A DNA stretch of 64,000 bases from Candidatus Aldehydirespirator sp. (GTDB lineage Bacteria > Actinomycetota > Acidimicrobiia > Acidimicrobiales > Aldehydirespiratoraceae): positions 1,540,405 to 1,604,404 of the forward strand of contig CBDHCM010000006.1 in assembly GCA_965261105.1 (NCBI GenBank), given 5' to 3'. The notes beneath the pieces are model-generated. The model was not told the DNA's origin. It did no database searches and saw only the letters and a list, made by a program, of their open reading frames with translations. Position 1 is the stretch's first letter. Each line of letters begins with the position of its first letter. Positions 44,900 through 54,188 of this stretch are shown here, piece after piece. A program made the translations under genes and the position numbers.

Positions 44900-46972
44900 A
44901 TGCGCCGAGCTTTCATCGTCGTCCTGGGATTGATGGCAGTCGCGCTGTTGGCCCCGCTCGGTGCTGGGGCGGCCGGCCTGTCCGACGAGGCGCCCCGAGT
45001 GCGTCTGGCCCGGGCCACCTGGGACACGGGCTGGTTCCAAGCGGAGGTCTACGGGCTCCTGCTGGAGCGGCTGGGCTACCGGGTGGATGGCCCGGTGACG
45101 ATGGGCAACACCGAGTTCTACGAGGCCGTGGCCGGGGGCGAAGTCGACCTGTGGGCCAACGGCTGGTTCCCGCTGCACGACTCTTTGATCGAGGAGTCGG
45201 CTCCGGTTGAGGTGGTTGGCACAGCCGTGGACGATGGAGCCCTCCAGGGCTATTTCGTAGACGCAGCCACCGCCGAGGCCCACGGCATCACGAGCCTGGG
45301 GGACCTCGCCGACCCCGCGGTGGCCGCGCTGTTCGACCACGACGGCGACGGCCGGGCCGACCTGGTCGGCTGCGAGGTCGGATGGTCGTGCGCTCTGACC
45401 ATCGACCACCATCTGCAGGCCTACGGGCTGTCGGACACTGTGGAGCACGTGCAGGGCGACTACTCGCCCCTCATCGGCGAGACCATCGCCCGCTACCGCT
45501 CCGGCCGGCCCGTGCTCTACTACACGTGGACCCCCAACTGGACGGTCGGCGAGATGGTTCCCGGCCGCGACGCGGTTTGGCTCGAGGTGCCCTTCGCTTC
45601 GCTTCCCCTCGAACAGGCCCGAGCCCTGGACCGCACCTCGGTGGCCGGGATTCCCGGATGCGCCAACGACCCCTGCCTGACCGGCTGGCCGCCGAACGAC
45701 ATCCGCGCCGTTGCCAATTCGGACTTCCTGGAGGCCAACCCGTCGGTGCGCAGACTCTTGGAGCAGGTGGTCATACCCCTCGCCGACATATCCGCGCAGA
45801 ACGTGCGGATGGTGACCGAGGGCGGGGATCCTGCGGACATACGGCGCCATGCCGAGGAGTGGATGGCGGCCAACTTGGCGTCGGTCGACCGGTGGGTCTC
45901 CGCCGCCGACCCCCGGGCCGTGGCGCTGGAGGAGTCTGCTGCCGACGCGACCGGGGCCGAAGGCACCCTGACGGTGGCGGCGCGCGCCCTGCCACCGTTC
46001 GTGATCTACGAGAACCGCTCCTACAGCGGATTCGAGGTCGAGCTGGTTCGGCTCGTCGCGGCCAAGCTTGGCATGTCGGTCGACATCTACGCGGTCGACA
46101 CTGTCGCCAAGCAGATCGACGACATCAGCCGCGGCGTTGCCCGGCTCGGGCTGGGAGGGGTGGCCATCACCGAGTCGCGCGAGGAGGTCGTGGACTTCTC
46201 GCTCCCGGTGCTGGACTCAGGCCTGACCATCCTGACCACGAACGACGACTCGCGTGGCATCGGCGGTCGGATGCTGTCCTTCCTCGATGCCGTCGCCTCA
46301 TCGGATCTGCCCTGGCTGCTGGTTGTCTTCGGCGTGGCCGTGCTGGTCTCCGCGCACTTGATCTGGTGGCTGGAGCGCCATGACAATCCAGACTTCGCGG
46401 TCCCCTACCGCCGCGGCATCTGGGACTCGTTCTATTGGTCGGTGGTGACGATGAGCACCGTCGGGTACGGCGACAAGGTGGCTAGAGGAACGAGGGGCCG
46501 CCTTCTGGCGCTGGTGTGGATAGCCATGGGAACCCTGGTCTTCGCCAGTTTCACCGCAGCCATCGCTTCCTCATTGGCGGTCAACGAGCTGCGATCCGAG
46601 ATCTCCGGACCCTCCGACCTGACGGGCCGGCGGGTTGCCACCGTTACCCACTCGGCCGGGGAGGCGTACCTTCCCTCCATCGGGGTGGGTCCGGTGCTGG
46701 TGGACAGCATCGACGACGCCTATCCCCTGCTGGCGGAGGGCGAGGTGGAAGCGATCGTGTTCGATGCTCCCGTGCTGCAGTTCCATGCCGCCCGCGAGGG
46801 CGCCGGGGAGGTCACGACGGTGGGATCTGACTTTCAGAAGGTGCAGTACGGCCTGATGCTTGGATCCGACGACGCCGAGCTGCGCGAGCGCCTCAACCTT
46901 GCGATTCTCGAACTCATCGAGAACGGTGTGTATGGGCGGCTGCACGACGCGTGGTTCGGAGCCCAGCGCTGA
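44900..46972 (+). CDS. Fusion protein: signal peptide + ProX/OpuAC-like binding domain + GluR0-type ligand-gated K+ channel (split SBP type 3 clamshell around an M1-P-M2 pore)
   Basis: MRRAFIVVLGLMAVALLAPLGAGAAG; a ProX paralogue block (ARATWDTGWFQAEVY, DLWANGWFPLHD, YTWTPNWT); S1 lobe TLTVAARALPPFVIYEN...VDFSLPVLDSGLTIL; TM LPWLLVVFGVAVLVSAHLIWWL; selectivity filter TMSTVGYGD (46457-46474); TM RLLALVWIAMGTLVFASF; and an S2 lobe running to the C-terminus. Confidence 0.8.
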   Translation: MRRAFIVVLGLMAVALLAPLGAGAAGLSDEAPRVRLARATWDTGWFQAEVYGLLLERLGYRVDGPVTMGNTEFYEAVAGGEVDLWANGWFPLHDSLIEESAPVEVVGTAVDDGALQGYFVDAATAEAHGITSLGDLADPAVAALFDHDGDGRADLVGCEVGWSCALTIDHHLQAYGLSDTVEHVQGDYSPLIGETIARYRSGRPVLYYTWTPNWTVGEMVPGRDAVWLEVPFASLPLEQARALDRTSVAGIPGCANDPCLTGWPPNDIRAVANSDFLEANPSVRRLLEQVVIPLADISAQNVRMVTEGGDPADIRRHAEEWMAANLASVDRWVSAADPRAVALEESAADATGAEGTLTVAARALPPFVIYENRSYSGFEVELVRLVAAKLGMSVDIYAVDTVAKQIDDISRGVARLGLGGVAITESREEVVDFSLPVLDSGLTILTTNDDSRGIGGRMLSFLDAVASSDLPWLLVVFGVAVLVSAHLIWWLERHDNPDFAVPYRRGIWDSFYWSVVTMSTVGYGDKVARGTRGRLLALVWIAMGTLVFASFTAAIASSLAVNELRSEISGPSDLTGRRVATVTHSAGEAYLPSIGVGPVLVDSIDDAYPLLAEGEVEAIVFDAPVLQFHAAREGAGEVTTVGSDFQKVQYGLMLGSDDAELRERLNLAILELIENGVYGRLHDAWFGAQR

Positions 46973-46996
46973 TGCCTCTGCGTGTCGGCCTCTGTT

Positions 46997-47069
46997 GGTT
47001 CCCGCTCGCCTTCGCTGCGCTCACGGGCCGCTCGGGCCCGGGTTCCCGCTCGCCTTCGCTCGGCCTCTA
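46997..47069 (+). repeat. Intergenic repeat family, degenerate copy E with an internal 44-bp-period repeat
   Basis: GGTTCCCGCTCGCCTTCGCT occurs at 46997-47016 and 47041-47060, flanking GCGCTCACGGGCCGCTCGGGCC. The tail TTCGCTCGGCCTCT overlaps the rluD stop. Confidence 0.75.
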
Positions 47070-47990
47070 GGACAGCGAGGCCAGCACAGTGGCCAGATCG
47101 TCGGGAAGGGGAGCCTCGGCCCGGACGGTCGTGCCGCTGACGGGGTGGCTGAACGCAAGGCTGCGAGCGTGCAGGAACGGGCGAGAGAGCCCGAAGACGT
47201 CGTCGGAGCGCCCCGGGCCGTAGGCGGGATCACCGACTACCGGGTGGCCGATGGCCCGGAGATGGACCCTGATCTGGTGGGTGCGACCGGTCTCGAGCCG
47301 GCACTCCAGCAGCGCAACACGCGCCGGCTCGGCGTAGCGCCGCTCCACGGTGTAGCGGGTGCGGGCCGGTCGGCCCCGGTCCTTCAGCGTCATTCGCTGC
47401 GGATTGCGGCTCGACCGGCCGATCGGAGCGTCTATCAGGCCCGAAGGCGCTTCCGGGTGCCCCCGCACCAGGGCGCAGTACACCCGCTCCGGCTGGTGGG
47501 CGCGCATCTGCTCAACCAGCAGCTGATAGGCCCGCTCGGTGCGGGCCACCACCAGCAGCCCCGAGGTGCCCCGGTCGAGCCTGTGCACGATCCCGGGCCG
47601 GTAGGGGTCGCCGACTCCGGCGATGTCGGGATAGCGGGCCAGCAGGCCGTGAACCAGCGTGCGGCTGTCGTGCCCCGCACCGGGGTGGACAACCAGGCCG
47701 GCGGGCTTGTCCACCACGACGAGGTCCGGATCCTCAAAGACCGTCCCGAAAACGACATCGGGGTCGGCCGCCGGCTGAGGATCGTCCCGGAGGTCGATGT
47801 GGACGGCCAGCGACTCGCCCTCGGCGACCCGCCTGGTGCCCGAGGTGACCACTGCACCGTCGAGGCGCACGCCGCCGGTGGCCACCAGCCGGGCTGCAAC
47901 GGAGCGGCTCACATCGGCCGCGAGAGCCACGGCGCGGTCAAGCCTCAGGCCGTCGAGAGCTGAGCCGACGATCTCGCCCGGAGGGCTCAT
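47067..47990 (-). CDS. rluD: RluA/RluD-family pseudouridine synthase
   Basis: From ATG 47990. It has an S4-like N-terminus and the catalytic block GIVHRLDRGTSGLLVVA...GRTHQIRVHL. Confidence 0.85.
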   Translation of the reverse strand: MSPPGEIVGSALDGLRLDRAVALAADVSRSVAARLVATGGVRLDGAVVTSGTRRVAEGESLAVHIDLRDDPQPAADPDVVFGTVFEDPDLVVVDKPAGLVVHPGAGHDSRTLVHGLLARYPDIAGVGDPYRPGIVHRLDRGTSGLLVVARTERAYQLLVEQMRAHQPERVYCALVRGHPEAPSGLIDAPIGRSSRNPQRMTLKDRGRPARTRYTVERRYAEPARVALLECRLETGRTHQIRVHLRAIGHPVVGDPAYGPGRSDDVFGLSRPFLHARSLAFSHPVSGTTVRAEAPLPDDLATVLASLS

Positions 47991-48475
47991 CGGTCCCGGC
48001 GGTAGGCGTGCCACACCAAGGCTGCGCCGCCGAGCACGACGCCCATGTCGGCCACGTTCCACACCGGCCACCACTGCACGTCGATGAAGTCGACTACCGC
48101 GCCATTGAGGAAGCCATCGTCGGACCGGAAGAGGCGGTCGGCCAGGTTGCCGAGCGCTCCCCCGGCTATGCATCCGGCCGCGATCCCAGACCACCGGCCG
48201 GACACCAGTCGCCGGTTGAGCAGCAACGCCGCGGCCACCGCCACGGCCGCCACTCCCAGCAGGGGCCCCAATCCCTGGAAGCTGCTGAAGGCCGCCCCGG
48301 TGTTGAACACAAGGCGCAGCCGCAGCGTCCACACCAAGTCGATGATGCGGCCGCCGTCGAGGGCCTCCAGCGCCCACCACTTGGCGAGCTGGTCGGCGGC
48401 CACCACGGCTGCGGCCGACACCAGGGCCGCGGCGCTGTGCCGATTCGCAGGCCCGGCGGCCACCGCGTCGGTCAC
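47987..48475 (-). CDS. lspA: Lipoprotein signal peptidase II
   Basis: VFNTGAAFS...GGALGNLADR...VVDFI...WPVWNVADM. ATGA overlap with rluD. Confidence 0.9.
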   Translation of the reverse strand: MTDAVAAGPANRHSAAALVSAAAVVAADQLAKWWALEALDGGRIIDLVWTLRLRLVFNTGAAFSSFQGLGPLLGVAAVAVAAALLLNRRLVSGRWSGIAAGCIAGGALGNLADRLFRSDDGFLNGAVVDFIDVQWWPVWNVADMGVVLGGAALVWHAYRRDR

Positions 48476-48488
48476 ACTGGCGGCGTCT

Positions 48489-48983
48489 CTATCGGCGGCC
48501 GAGGCCGCCCGCCTTCACCTCAACACGCTCGGCGGCCCAAGGGATGGCCCGGAGGCGGGCGATGGGAATCGGCGCTCCCGATGTGACGCAACAGCCGTAG
48601 GCGCCGTTGTCGATGCGCTCCAGCGCTGCGTCGATCTGGCTGACGGTATGGCGGGCCTGGCTGGAAAGGGCCAAGTCTCGCTCCCGCTCCACCGCGACGG
48701 TGGCGCCCTCGCCGCCCTCCTCGTCGAACTGGACGTCGCCGGGCTCCCGTGTGGCCAGCAGTGACTCCGCCTCGGCCTGGTACTCCTCGGCCGAATGCAG
48801 GTACTTGGCCCGCTCCTTGAGCAGCTTGCGTCGCATCTCCTCGAGGAACTTGTCGTCGAAGCGGGGCTTGGGAGCTTTCTTGCCCCCGGTTGTCTTCGCG
48901 CCTGATTTCCTAGTCGACGTCTTGGCGCCGGTCAGCTTGGTGCTCGTGGTGTTGCCGGCTTGCGTCCTGTCGGCGTTGGCCAT
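48489..48983 (-). CDS. DksA/TraR-family protein with a degenerate zinc finger
   Basis: Coiled-coil region plus C-terminal RIDNGAYGCCVTSGAPIPIARLRAIPWAAERVEVKA. The family scaffold is present, but the CxxC...CxxC ligands are mostly replaced. Confidence 0.7.
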   Translation of the reverse strand: MANADRTQAGNTTSTKLTGAKTSTRKSGAKTTGGKKAPKPRFDDKFLEEMRRKLLKERAKYLHSAEEYQAEAESLLATREPGDVQFDEEGGEGATVAVERERDLALSSQARHTVSQIDAALERIDNGAYGCCVTSGAPIPIARLRAIPWAAERVEVKAGGLGRR

Positions 48984-49052
48984 GTCAAGCTCCCGTCCTA
49001 CCGTCAGACGAAGGACTCCCGGTTATAGCAGCGGTACAGACGTGTGCGGCGG

Positions 49053-50420
49053 TCAAGCCCGCTGGCCGAGCCTACCGCCGCGGCCGGCGCCCTCATCGTG
49101 GTCGAAGAAGGCGGCCATAGCAGCGTCGGTGTTGGGCAGGGGGGCGTCGCTACTGACGACCCTGCGGAGCTGCTCGATGAACTCGTCGTCATCCTCGGCC
49201 TCGACATCGAAGAGTTCGGGGCCGTCGGCGTGCCCGGCACGCATGGTGGGCGCGGCGACAGTCCCGGACTCGTTGCTGGGGTGAAGGTCCGCCGGCTCCC
49301 GGTGGACCGGGCCGCTCCCGCGGAACCCGGGCTCCAAGCCGCCCCGGTTCCATGCGGGTTCGCGAAGCGATGTCGTATCGGCGTCGCCCGAAGAGCCGTT
49401 GGCGACATCTGCGGGCTCATCGTGCCATCCGACCGCGGGAAGATCGGGCGCCGTGTGCGCGGCCATTGCGTCGGCGGGCGCCGTGTGCGCGGCCATCGCG
49501 TCGGCGGGCGCGGTGCCCGCGGCCATCGCGTCGGCGGCCAGCGTGTGCGCGAGAGCATCCTCGGCGGCTTGGGATATGCCGTCGTGGCCCTGTGCAGACG
49601 CTTGGGGCCTGTCGCCGGGGTCCGGAGGGAACTCGAGGACGGACTCGCCCGGCGAGTCTGCGTCGGCGAGGGCCTGTGGCTCTGCGGCCGCCTCTCCCGC
49701 TCCGGCCTCCGGCGCCTCGGCGTCTGCGTCCTCCTCGACCGAGTCGTAGGCCCAAGCGGTCTCCTCACCGGGCTCAGCGGGGTCGGCGACAGGCTCGAAC
49801 TGTTCCACGAAGGACTGGAACGAAACCGAGAGACTGCGAAGCTGCGACCGCTCCTTGTCGAGCCTGGCCCCGATGGCGGCAGTGGCCGCCTCGAGTTCGG
49901 CCCTGGTTGCCTCGAGGGCTTGTATCTCCGCTATCTTGCGGGCGCGTTCGGTGGCCAGCTCCGCGGCTGCCGTCCGCTTCGCCTCGGCGAGAATCAACTG
50001 GCAGTTCCCCTCGGCCTCCGCCAGGATCTGGACCGCTCGCTCCTCTGATGAGCGCAGCCGCTCGTTGGCGGCCGCCTCGGCCTCAGCGACTGTCTTGGCC
50101 GCACGCTCCTGAGCGAAGCCGGTGATCGACTTGGCCTCGGACCGTGCCTCGGAGACGGCCGCGTCGGCGGTGCGCTGCGCCAGCACGAGGGTTCGCAGCA
50201 GCATCTCGCGGGTCTCGGGCACTCCCTCGGCGTTGCCGCTGTGCGACTCGGTCCGCGCCAGTCGCTGCTGCAGTTCAGAGATCTGTTCTGCGGCCTGGGC
50301 CGCCGCCCGGCTCGCCGTCTTGACGTAGCTGTCCACCTCCTCAAAGTCGTAGCCGCGCAGGCGCTCGCGAAACCGGACCTCGGTGGTGAGATCGTTGAGA
50401 GCATTCATGCGGGCGATCAT
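49053..50420 (-). CDS. DivIVA-domain protein with a long acidic/Pro-Ala-rich C-terminal extension
   Basis: LNDLTTEVRFRERLRGYDFEEVDSYV is the DivIVA N-terminal motif. Coiled-coil and low-complexity regions follow. Confidence 0.85.
   Translation of the reverse strand: MIARMNALNDLTTEVRFRERLRGYDFEEVDSYVKTASRAAAQAAEQISELQQRLARTESHSGNAEGVPETREMLLRTLVLAQRTADAAVSEARSEAKSITGFAQERAAKTVAEAEAAANERLRSSEERAVQILAEAEGNCQLILAEAKRTAAAELATERARKIAEIQALEATRAELEAATAAIGARLDKERSQLRSLSVSFQSFVEQFEPVADPAEPGEETAWAYDSVEEDADAEAPEAGAGEAAAEPQALADADSPGESVLEFPPDPGDRPQASAQGHDGISQAAEDALAHTLAADAMAAGTAPADAMAAHTAPADAMAAHTAPDLPAVGWHDEPADVANGSSGDADTTSLREPAWNRGGLEPGFRGSGPVHREPADLHPSNESGTVAAPTMRAGHADGPELFDVEAEDDDEFIEQLRRVVSSDAPLPNTDAAMAAFFDHDEGAGRGGRLGQRA
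49446..49535. repeat. Three in-frame 30-bp tandem units in the DivIVA gene
   Basis: They encode (A/P)ADAMAA(G/H)TAP three times. Confidence 0.85.
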
Positions 50421-50503
50421 GCCACGGGCATCGTCGCGGTTGGTGGATGCCCCGTGCGGTCGCGGTTCTGGCGCCCCGGTCTGCTCCCCGGCTCTCGGCC
50501 GGG

Positions 50504-50761
50504 CTACCGGCAGATGATCTGCCGCAGGATGGTGATCCCGAAGATGACAACGACGGGAGAGAAGTCCAGCGCCATTCCTCCGAGCCTCGCCGCGGGCAGA
50601 ACCCGGCGCACCCGATTCATTACCGGGTCGGTGACCGTGTAGAGGAAGCCGGCGACGGTGGCCATGGCCCCGCTTGGGTTGAGCGGGAACCAGCTCAGGA
50701 GCACGCGGCCAAAGATCGCGAACAGGTACAGCTGGAGCAGCAGGCAGACGAACGAGAGCAC
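50504..50761 (-). CDS. yggT: YggT-family membrane protein
   Basis: 85 aa, FGRVLLSWFPLNP...VTDPVMNRVRRVLP. Conserved position between sepF and divIVA. Confidence 0.85.
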   Translation of the reverse strand: MLSFVCLLLQLYLFAIFGRVLLSWFPLNPSGAMATVAGFLYTVTDPVMNRVRRVLPAARLGGMALDFSPVVVIFGITILRQIICR

Positions 50762-50773
50762 TCAGGTCTCGAG

Positions 50774-51328
50774 TCAGGAGCGCTTGTTGCGGGCGGTCTC
50801 TCGCGACACCTCCACGTCGGCTGGGGTGAGCAGGTAGACTTGGTCGGCGACGCGGTCCATCTTTCCGCCGATGGCATAGCAGAGGCCACTCGAGAAGTCC
50901 ACCAGCCGCCGCCGCAGATCCCGGTCGACCGCTTGAAGGTTGACGATCACGGGCTGACCCAACTTGAAGCGGTCTCCGATCTCTTGGGCGTCGTTGAAGG
51001 CATCGGGAGACACGGCATGGGGCTTCATGCTCTTGGCCGACATCGGATGCACGACCCGCGCCGGGTTGTCGTGGTCCCGATCCCCGTCGCCCGCTCCGCC
51101 GTCGGGTGGCGTGACCTGCACCGGCCGGACAGTCCGGCCCAGAACGGGGCTTCCGGGTGCTGAGCCCGACGCGACGGAAACCCCTGGCTGCGCCACGGAG
51201 GCCTCGGACCCGGACGAGTACCGGCCCGGCGCCGCGCGGTGGGACTGTGTGGGGCGGAGCGGGTCGTCGTAGCTCTCGTAGTGCTCGTCAGGCCCGAGCC
51301 CCAGATAGATCATCGCCTTCTTCAGCAT
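50774..51328 (-). CDS. sepF: Cell division protein SepF
   Basis: MLKKAMIYLGLG...FNDAQEIGDRFKLGQPVIVNLQAVDRDLRRRLVDFSSGLCYAIGGKMDRVADQVYLLTP. Confidence 0.9.
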   Translation of the reverse strand: MLKKAMIYLGLGPDEHYESYDDPLRPTQSHRAAPGRYSSGSEASVAQPGVSVASGSAPGSPVLGRTVRPVQVTPPDGGAGDGDRDHDNPARVVHPMSAKSMKPHAVSPDAFNDAQEIGDRFKLGQPVIVNLQAVDRDLRRRLVDFSSGLCYAIGGKMDRVADQVYLLTPADVEVSRETARNKRS

Positions 51329-51371
51329 CGATATCGTCGCTCCTTAAGAGGACTTTAGCGCGTCGCGACGC

Positions 51372-52082
51372 TCACCGATCTTGTGCCGACGCGTTCCATT
51401 GTGACATGCCCCGCAAACCCCGGCGGGGACGCTCCCCGAAGAGGCTCCGCCCGACCCGGACCATCGTCGCGCCCTCGGCCACGGCCACCTCGAGGTCGTC
51501 GGTCATGCCCATCGAGCAGTGCGGCAATCCGAAGGAGTCGACCAGCCTGCGCAGATCCCTGAAACTGCTGCGCGCCTCCTCGGAGGGCCCTGGGGGGCCG
51601 ATGCCCATAAGGCCGACCAGACGGAGTCCGGCGTCGGCGGCAGCCGAGGCCAGCAGCTCGGCGTCGGAGAACGCGCAGCCCCCCTTGGAATCCTCACCCG
51701 AGATGTTCACCTGGATCATCACCTCCGACCCGGGGGCGCGCCGGCCGATCTCGCGGGCCAACTCGACCCGGTCGACGGTCTGCCAGACGTCGACGCAGCC
51801 GGCCAGCACCTTGACCTTGTTCCGCTGCAGCCGGCCGACGAAGTGGACCCGGGGCCTCGGCAGCGACGAAACCTCGACGATCTTGGCCACGCATTCCTGG
51901 GCGTAGTTCTCGCCGATGTCGCCGATGCCGCACGCGGCGGCCGCATCGATGGCCCACGCCCCGAGCGCCTTGGTGACGGCAATGACGGTGACGCCTTGGT
52001 CGCCGGCGCCGGCGATTCGGGCCCGCAGCGCCTCGTAGCGCCCGGCGAGAGCGGCGGCGGCCGCCGCCGACGGCGCGCTCAT
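51372..52082 (-). CDS. yggS: YggS/YlmE-family PLP-binding protein
   Basis: From ATG 52082: VTVIAVTKALG...GENYAQE...HFVGRLQRNKVK...SMGMTDDLEVAVAEGATMVRVGRSLFG. Confidence 0.85.
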   Translation of the reverse strand: MSAPSAAAAAALAGRYEALRARIAGAGDQGVTVIAVTKALGAWAIDAAAACGIGDIGENYAQECVAKIVEVSSLPRPRVHFVGRLQRNKVKVLAGCVDVWQTVDRVELAREIGRRAPGSEVMIQVNISGEDSKGGCAFSDAELLASAAADAGLRLVGLMGIGPPGPSEEARSSFRDLRRLVDSFGLPHCSMGMTDDLEVAVAEGATMVRVGRSLFGERPRRGLRGMSQWNASAQDR

Positions 52083-52786
52083 CGCTTCTCCAACCGGGCC
52101 GCAGTCGCTTGGCGGCTTCGGTCGCCGCGGACTCTGTGGGAGAAGAAGCCGTCCCGGGCGGTGTCGAGTCCGAGATCCTCCACATCGCTGACGCCGGCTG
52201 CACCCAGCGCGCCGCGCGCCGCGGCCCACAGGTCAAGGGCCGGGGCGCCCCACGAGGTGACCCCGGCCACGTCACAGCCGGCGGCCGCGGCCACCGCAGC
52301 CAGATCGTCCGCGCCGAACTCATAGCTTGAGGGCCTGATGATCGGGCCGACCACGGCCCGAAGGTCCGTCGCCGCCGCGGCGGGCGCGGCGCGGCGCACG
52401 CCATCGACGACCCCGCCGATCACTCCGGCCACGATGCCGCGCCAGCCGGCGTGGGCCATGCCCAGCACACCGTCGCCGACGACGACGACCGGGGCGCAGT
52501 CGGCGGTGTGGAGGGCGAGGACGGCCTCCGGCACGGCCGTGACCGCACCGTCGGCCACCGCCCCGGCGCAGCCGCCCGGCTCGGTGACGCCCACGACGTC
52601 GGCGCCGTGCACCTGCCTGAGCCAAGTCCATCGACCGCTCATGAGGGTCTGGCGCCGACGCTCGAGGAACTCGTCGCGGCCGGGGCCGGGGTGGCCGCGG
52701 TAGCAGCGAAAGTCGCCCTCGGAGATCTGCGAGCAGCGGACCCTGACCAACCATCCGTCTCCGGCCGGCACGAGCCGCTCGATCAC
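52079..52786 (-). CDS. pgeF: YfiH/PgeF (YlmD) laccase-domain protein
   Basis: QVHGADVV...ALHTADCAPVVV...MAHAGWRG. ATGA overlap with yggS. Confidence 0.85.
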   Translation of the reverse strand: MIERLVPAGDGWLVRVRCSQISEGDFRCYRGHPGPGRDEFLERRRQTLMSGRWTWLRQVHGADVVGVTEPGGCAGAVADGAVTAVPEAVLALHTADCAPVVVVGDGVLGMAHAGWRGIVAGVIGGVVDGVRRAAPAAAATDLRAVVGPIIRPSSYEFGADDLAAVAAAAGCDVAGVTSWGAPALDLWAAARGALGAAGVSDVEDLGLDTARDGFFSHRVRGDRSRQATAARLEKR

Positions 52787-52822
52787 GCAGCTACCAATCC
52801 CGGGCCGGGACCGGCGGCGCGG

Positions 52823-53950
52823 TCATCTCAGGAAGTCGGGAACATCGAACTCGTCGTTGAGGTCGAGGCCGCTAGGAGCGTCCGAGTGCTCGGCCGTGGC
52901 GAACACGTCGGCGATCTGCAGGTCCTCCTCGCCGGTCCCCGCGGTCTGCCTCCGGTCCCGCCGGTTGCGGCGCTCCCGCCCGGTGCCGCCGTAGGTCTGC
53001 CGGTCGCTCTCGAACCCCGCGGCTATCACGGTGACCCGGACCTCGTCTCCAAAAGCGTCGTCGATCACGGTTCCGAAGATGATGTTGGCATCCTGGTGCG
53101 CGACCGAGTGCACCACTTCGGCCGCCTCGTTCACCTCCATCAGACCCAGGCTCGACGAGCCCGAGATGTTGAGAAGGATGCCCTGGGAGCGATCAATCGA
53201 GGACTCGAGCAGCGGGCTGGAGATTGCGCCGCGGGCGGCGGCCACGGCCCGCCCCTCCCCGCTGGCGGACCCGACGCCCATGAGGGCGCTGCCGGCCTCG
53301 GTCAGCACCGTGCGCACGTCGGCAAAGTCGACATTGATCAGCCCCGGCGTGGTGATGAGGTTGGTGATTCCGCCGACGCCCTGCATAAGCACTTCGTCGG
53401 CCATGCGGAAGGCGTTGAGCATCGAGGTCTTCTCGTCGGCGATGGCTATGAGCCGGTCGTTGGGGATGACGATCAGGGTGTCGACCTTCTCCTTGAGGCG
53501 CTGGATCCCCTCCTCGGCCTGCACGGAGCGCCGCGACCCCTCGAAGCTGAAGGGCCGGGTGACCACTCCTATCGTGAGCGCGCCGGAACTCTTGGCCACC
53601 TCGGCCACGACCGGAGCGGCGCCGGTGCCAGTGCCCCCGCCCTTGCCCGCAGTGATGAACACCATGTCGGATCCGTTGAGGGCCTCGCGGATCTCGTCGA
53701 TGTGCTCCTCGGCAGCCTGCTTCCCGATCTCGGGATCGCTGCCGGCACCCAGGCCGCGCGTCAGGTTGCGGCCGATGTCGATCCGCAGGTCGGCGTCGCT
53801 CAGGCTGAGGGCCTGGGCGTCGGTGTTGGCCGCAATGAACTCCACGCCCCGCAGGCCCGCGTCGATCATCCGGTTCACGGCGTTGACGCCGCCGCCTCCG
53901 ACCCCGACCACCCTGATGACGGCGATGTAGTTGTGAGAGTCGGCCATCAC
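52823..53950 (-). CDS. ftsZ: Cell division GTPase FtsZ
   Basis: [17 protein letters not shown]...[16 protein letters not shown] is the tubulin signature. Confidence 0.97.
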   Translation of the reverse strand: MMADSHNYIAVIRVVGVGGGGVNAVNRMIDAGLRGVEFIAANTDAQALSLSDADLRIDIGRNLTRGLGAGSDPEIGKQAAEEHIDEIREALNGSDMVFITAGKGGGTGTGAAPVVAEVAKSSGALTIGVVTRPFSFEGSRRSVQAEEGIQRLKEKVDTLIVIPNDRLIAIADEKTSMLNAFRMADEVLMQGVGGITNLITTPGLINVDFADVRTVLTEAGSALMGVGSASGEGRAVAAARGAISSPLLESSIDRSQGILLNISGSSSLGLMEVNEAAEVVHSVAHQDANIIFGTVIDDAFGDEVRVTVIAAGFESDRQTYGGTGRERRNRRDRRQTAGTGEEDLQIADVFATAEHSDAPSGLDLNDEFDVPDFLR

Positions 53951-54085
53951 CGCGTCAACCTCCCTGACTTGCGATCACTGCATCTTAGAGCCCGCAGCGG
54001 AGATGACGGGTCACGGCGGCGAAGTCGGGGCACAAGAGGCCGAGCGGGTAGGTCGCGATTCCATGAGGATTCCGCGGGGCCCTTA

Positions 54086-54157
54086 GCGAGGCCGTGGCCC
54101 GAGCGGCCCGTGAGCGCAGCGAACAAGAGCGGGAATCACAACCCTTCACCGTGAGGC
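54086..54157 (-). repeat. Intergenic repeat family, copy D (core + partial arm) between ftsQ and ftsZ
   Basis: GCGAGGCCGTGGCCCGAGCGGCCCGTGAGCGCAGCGAACAAGAGCGGGAATCACAACCCTTCACCGTGAGGC. Confidence 0.9.
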
Positions 54158-54188
54158 ACATGCGACCTGTCAGCGCTCGTTCCGAGCC

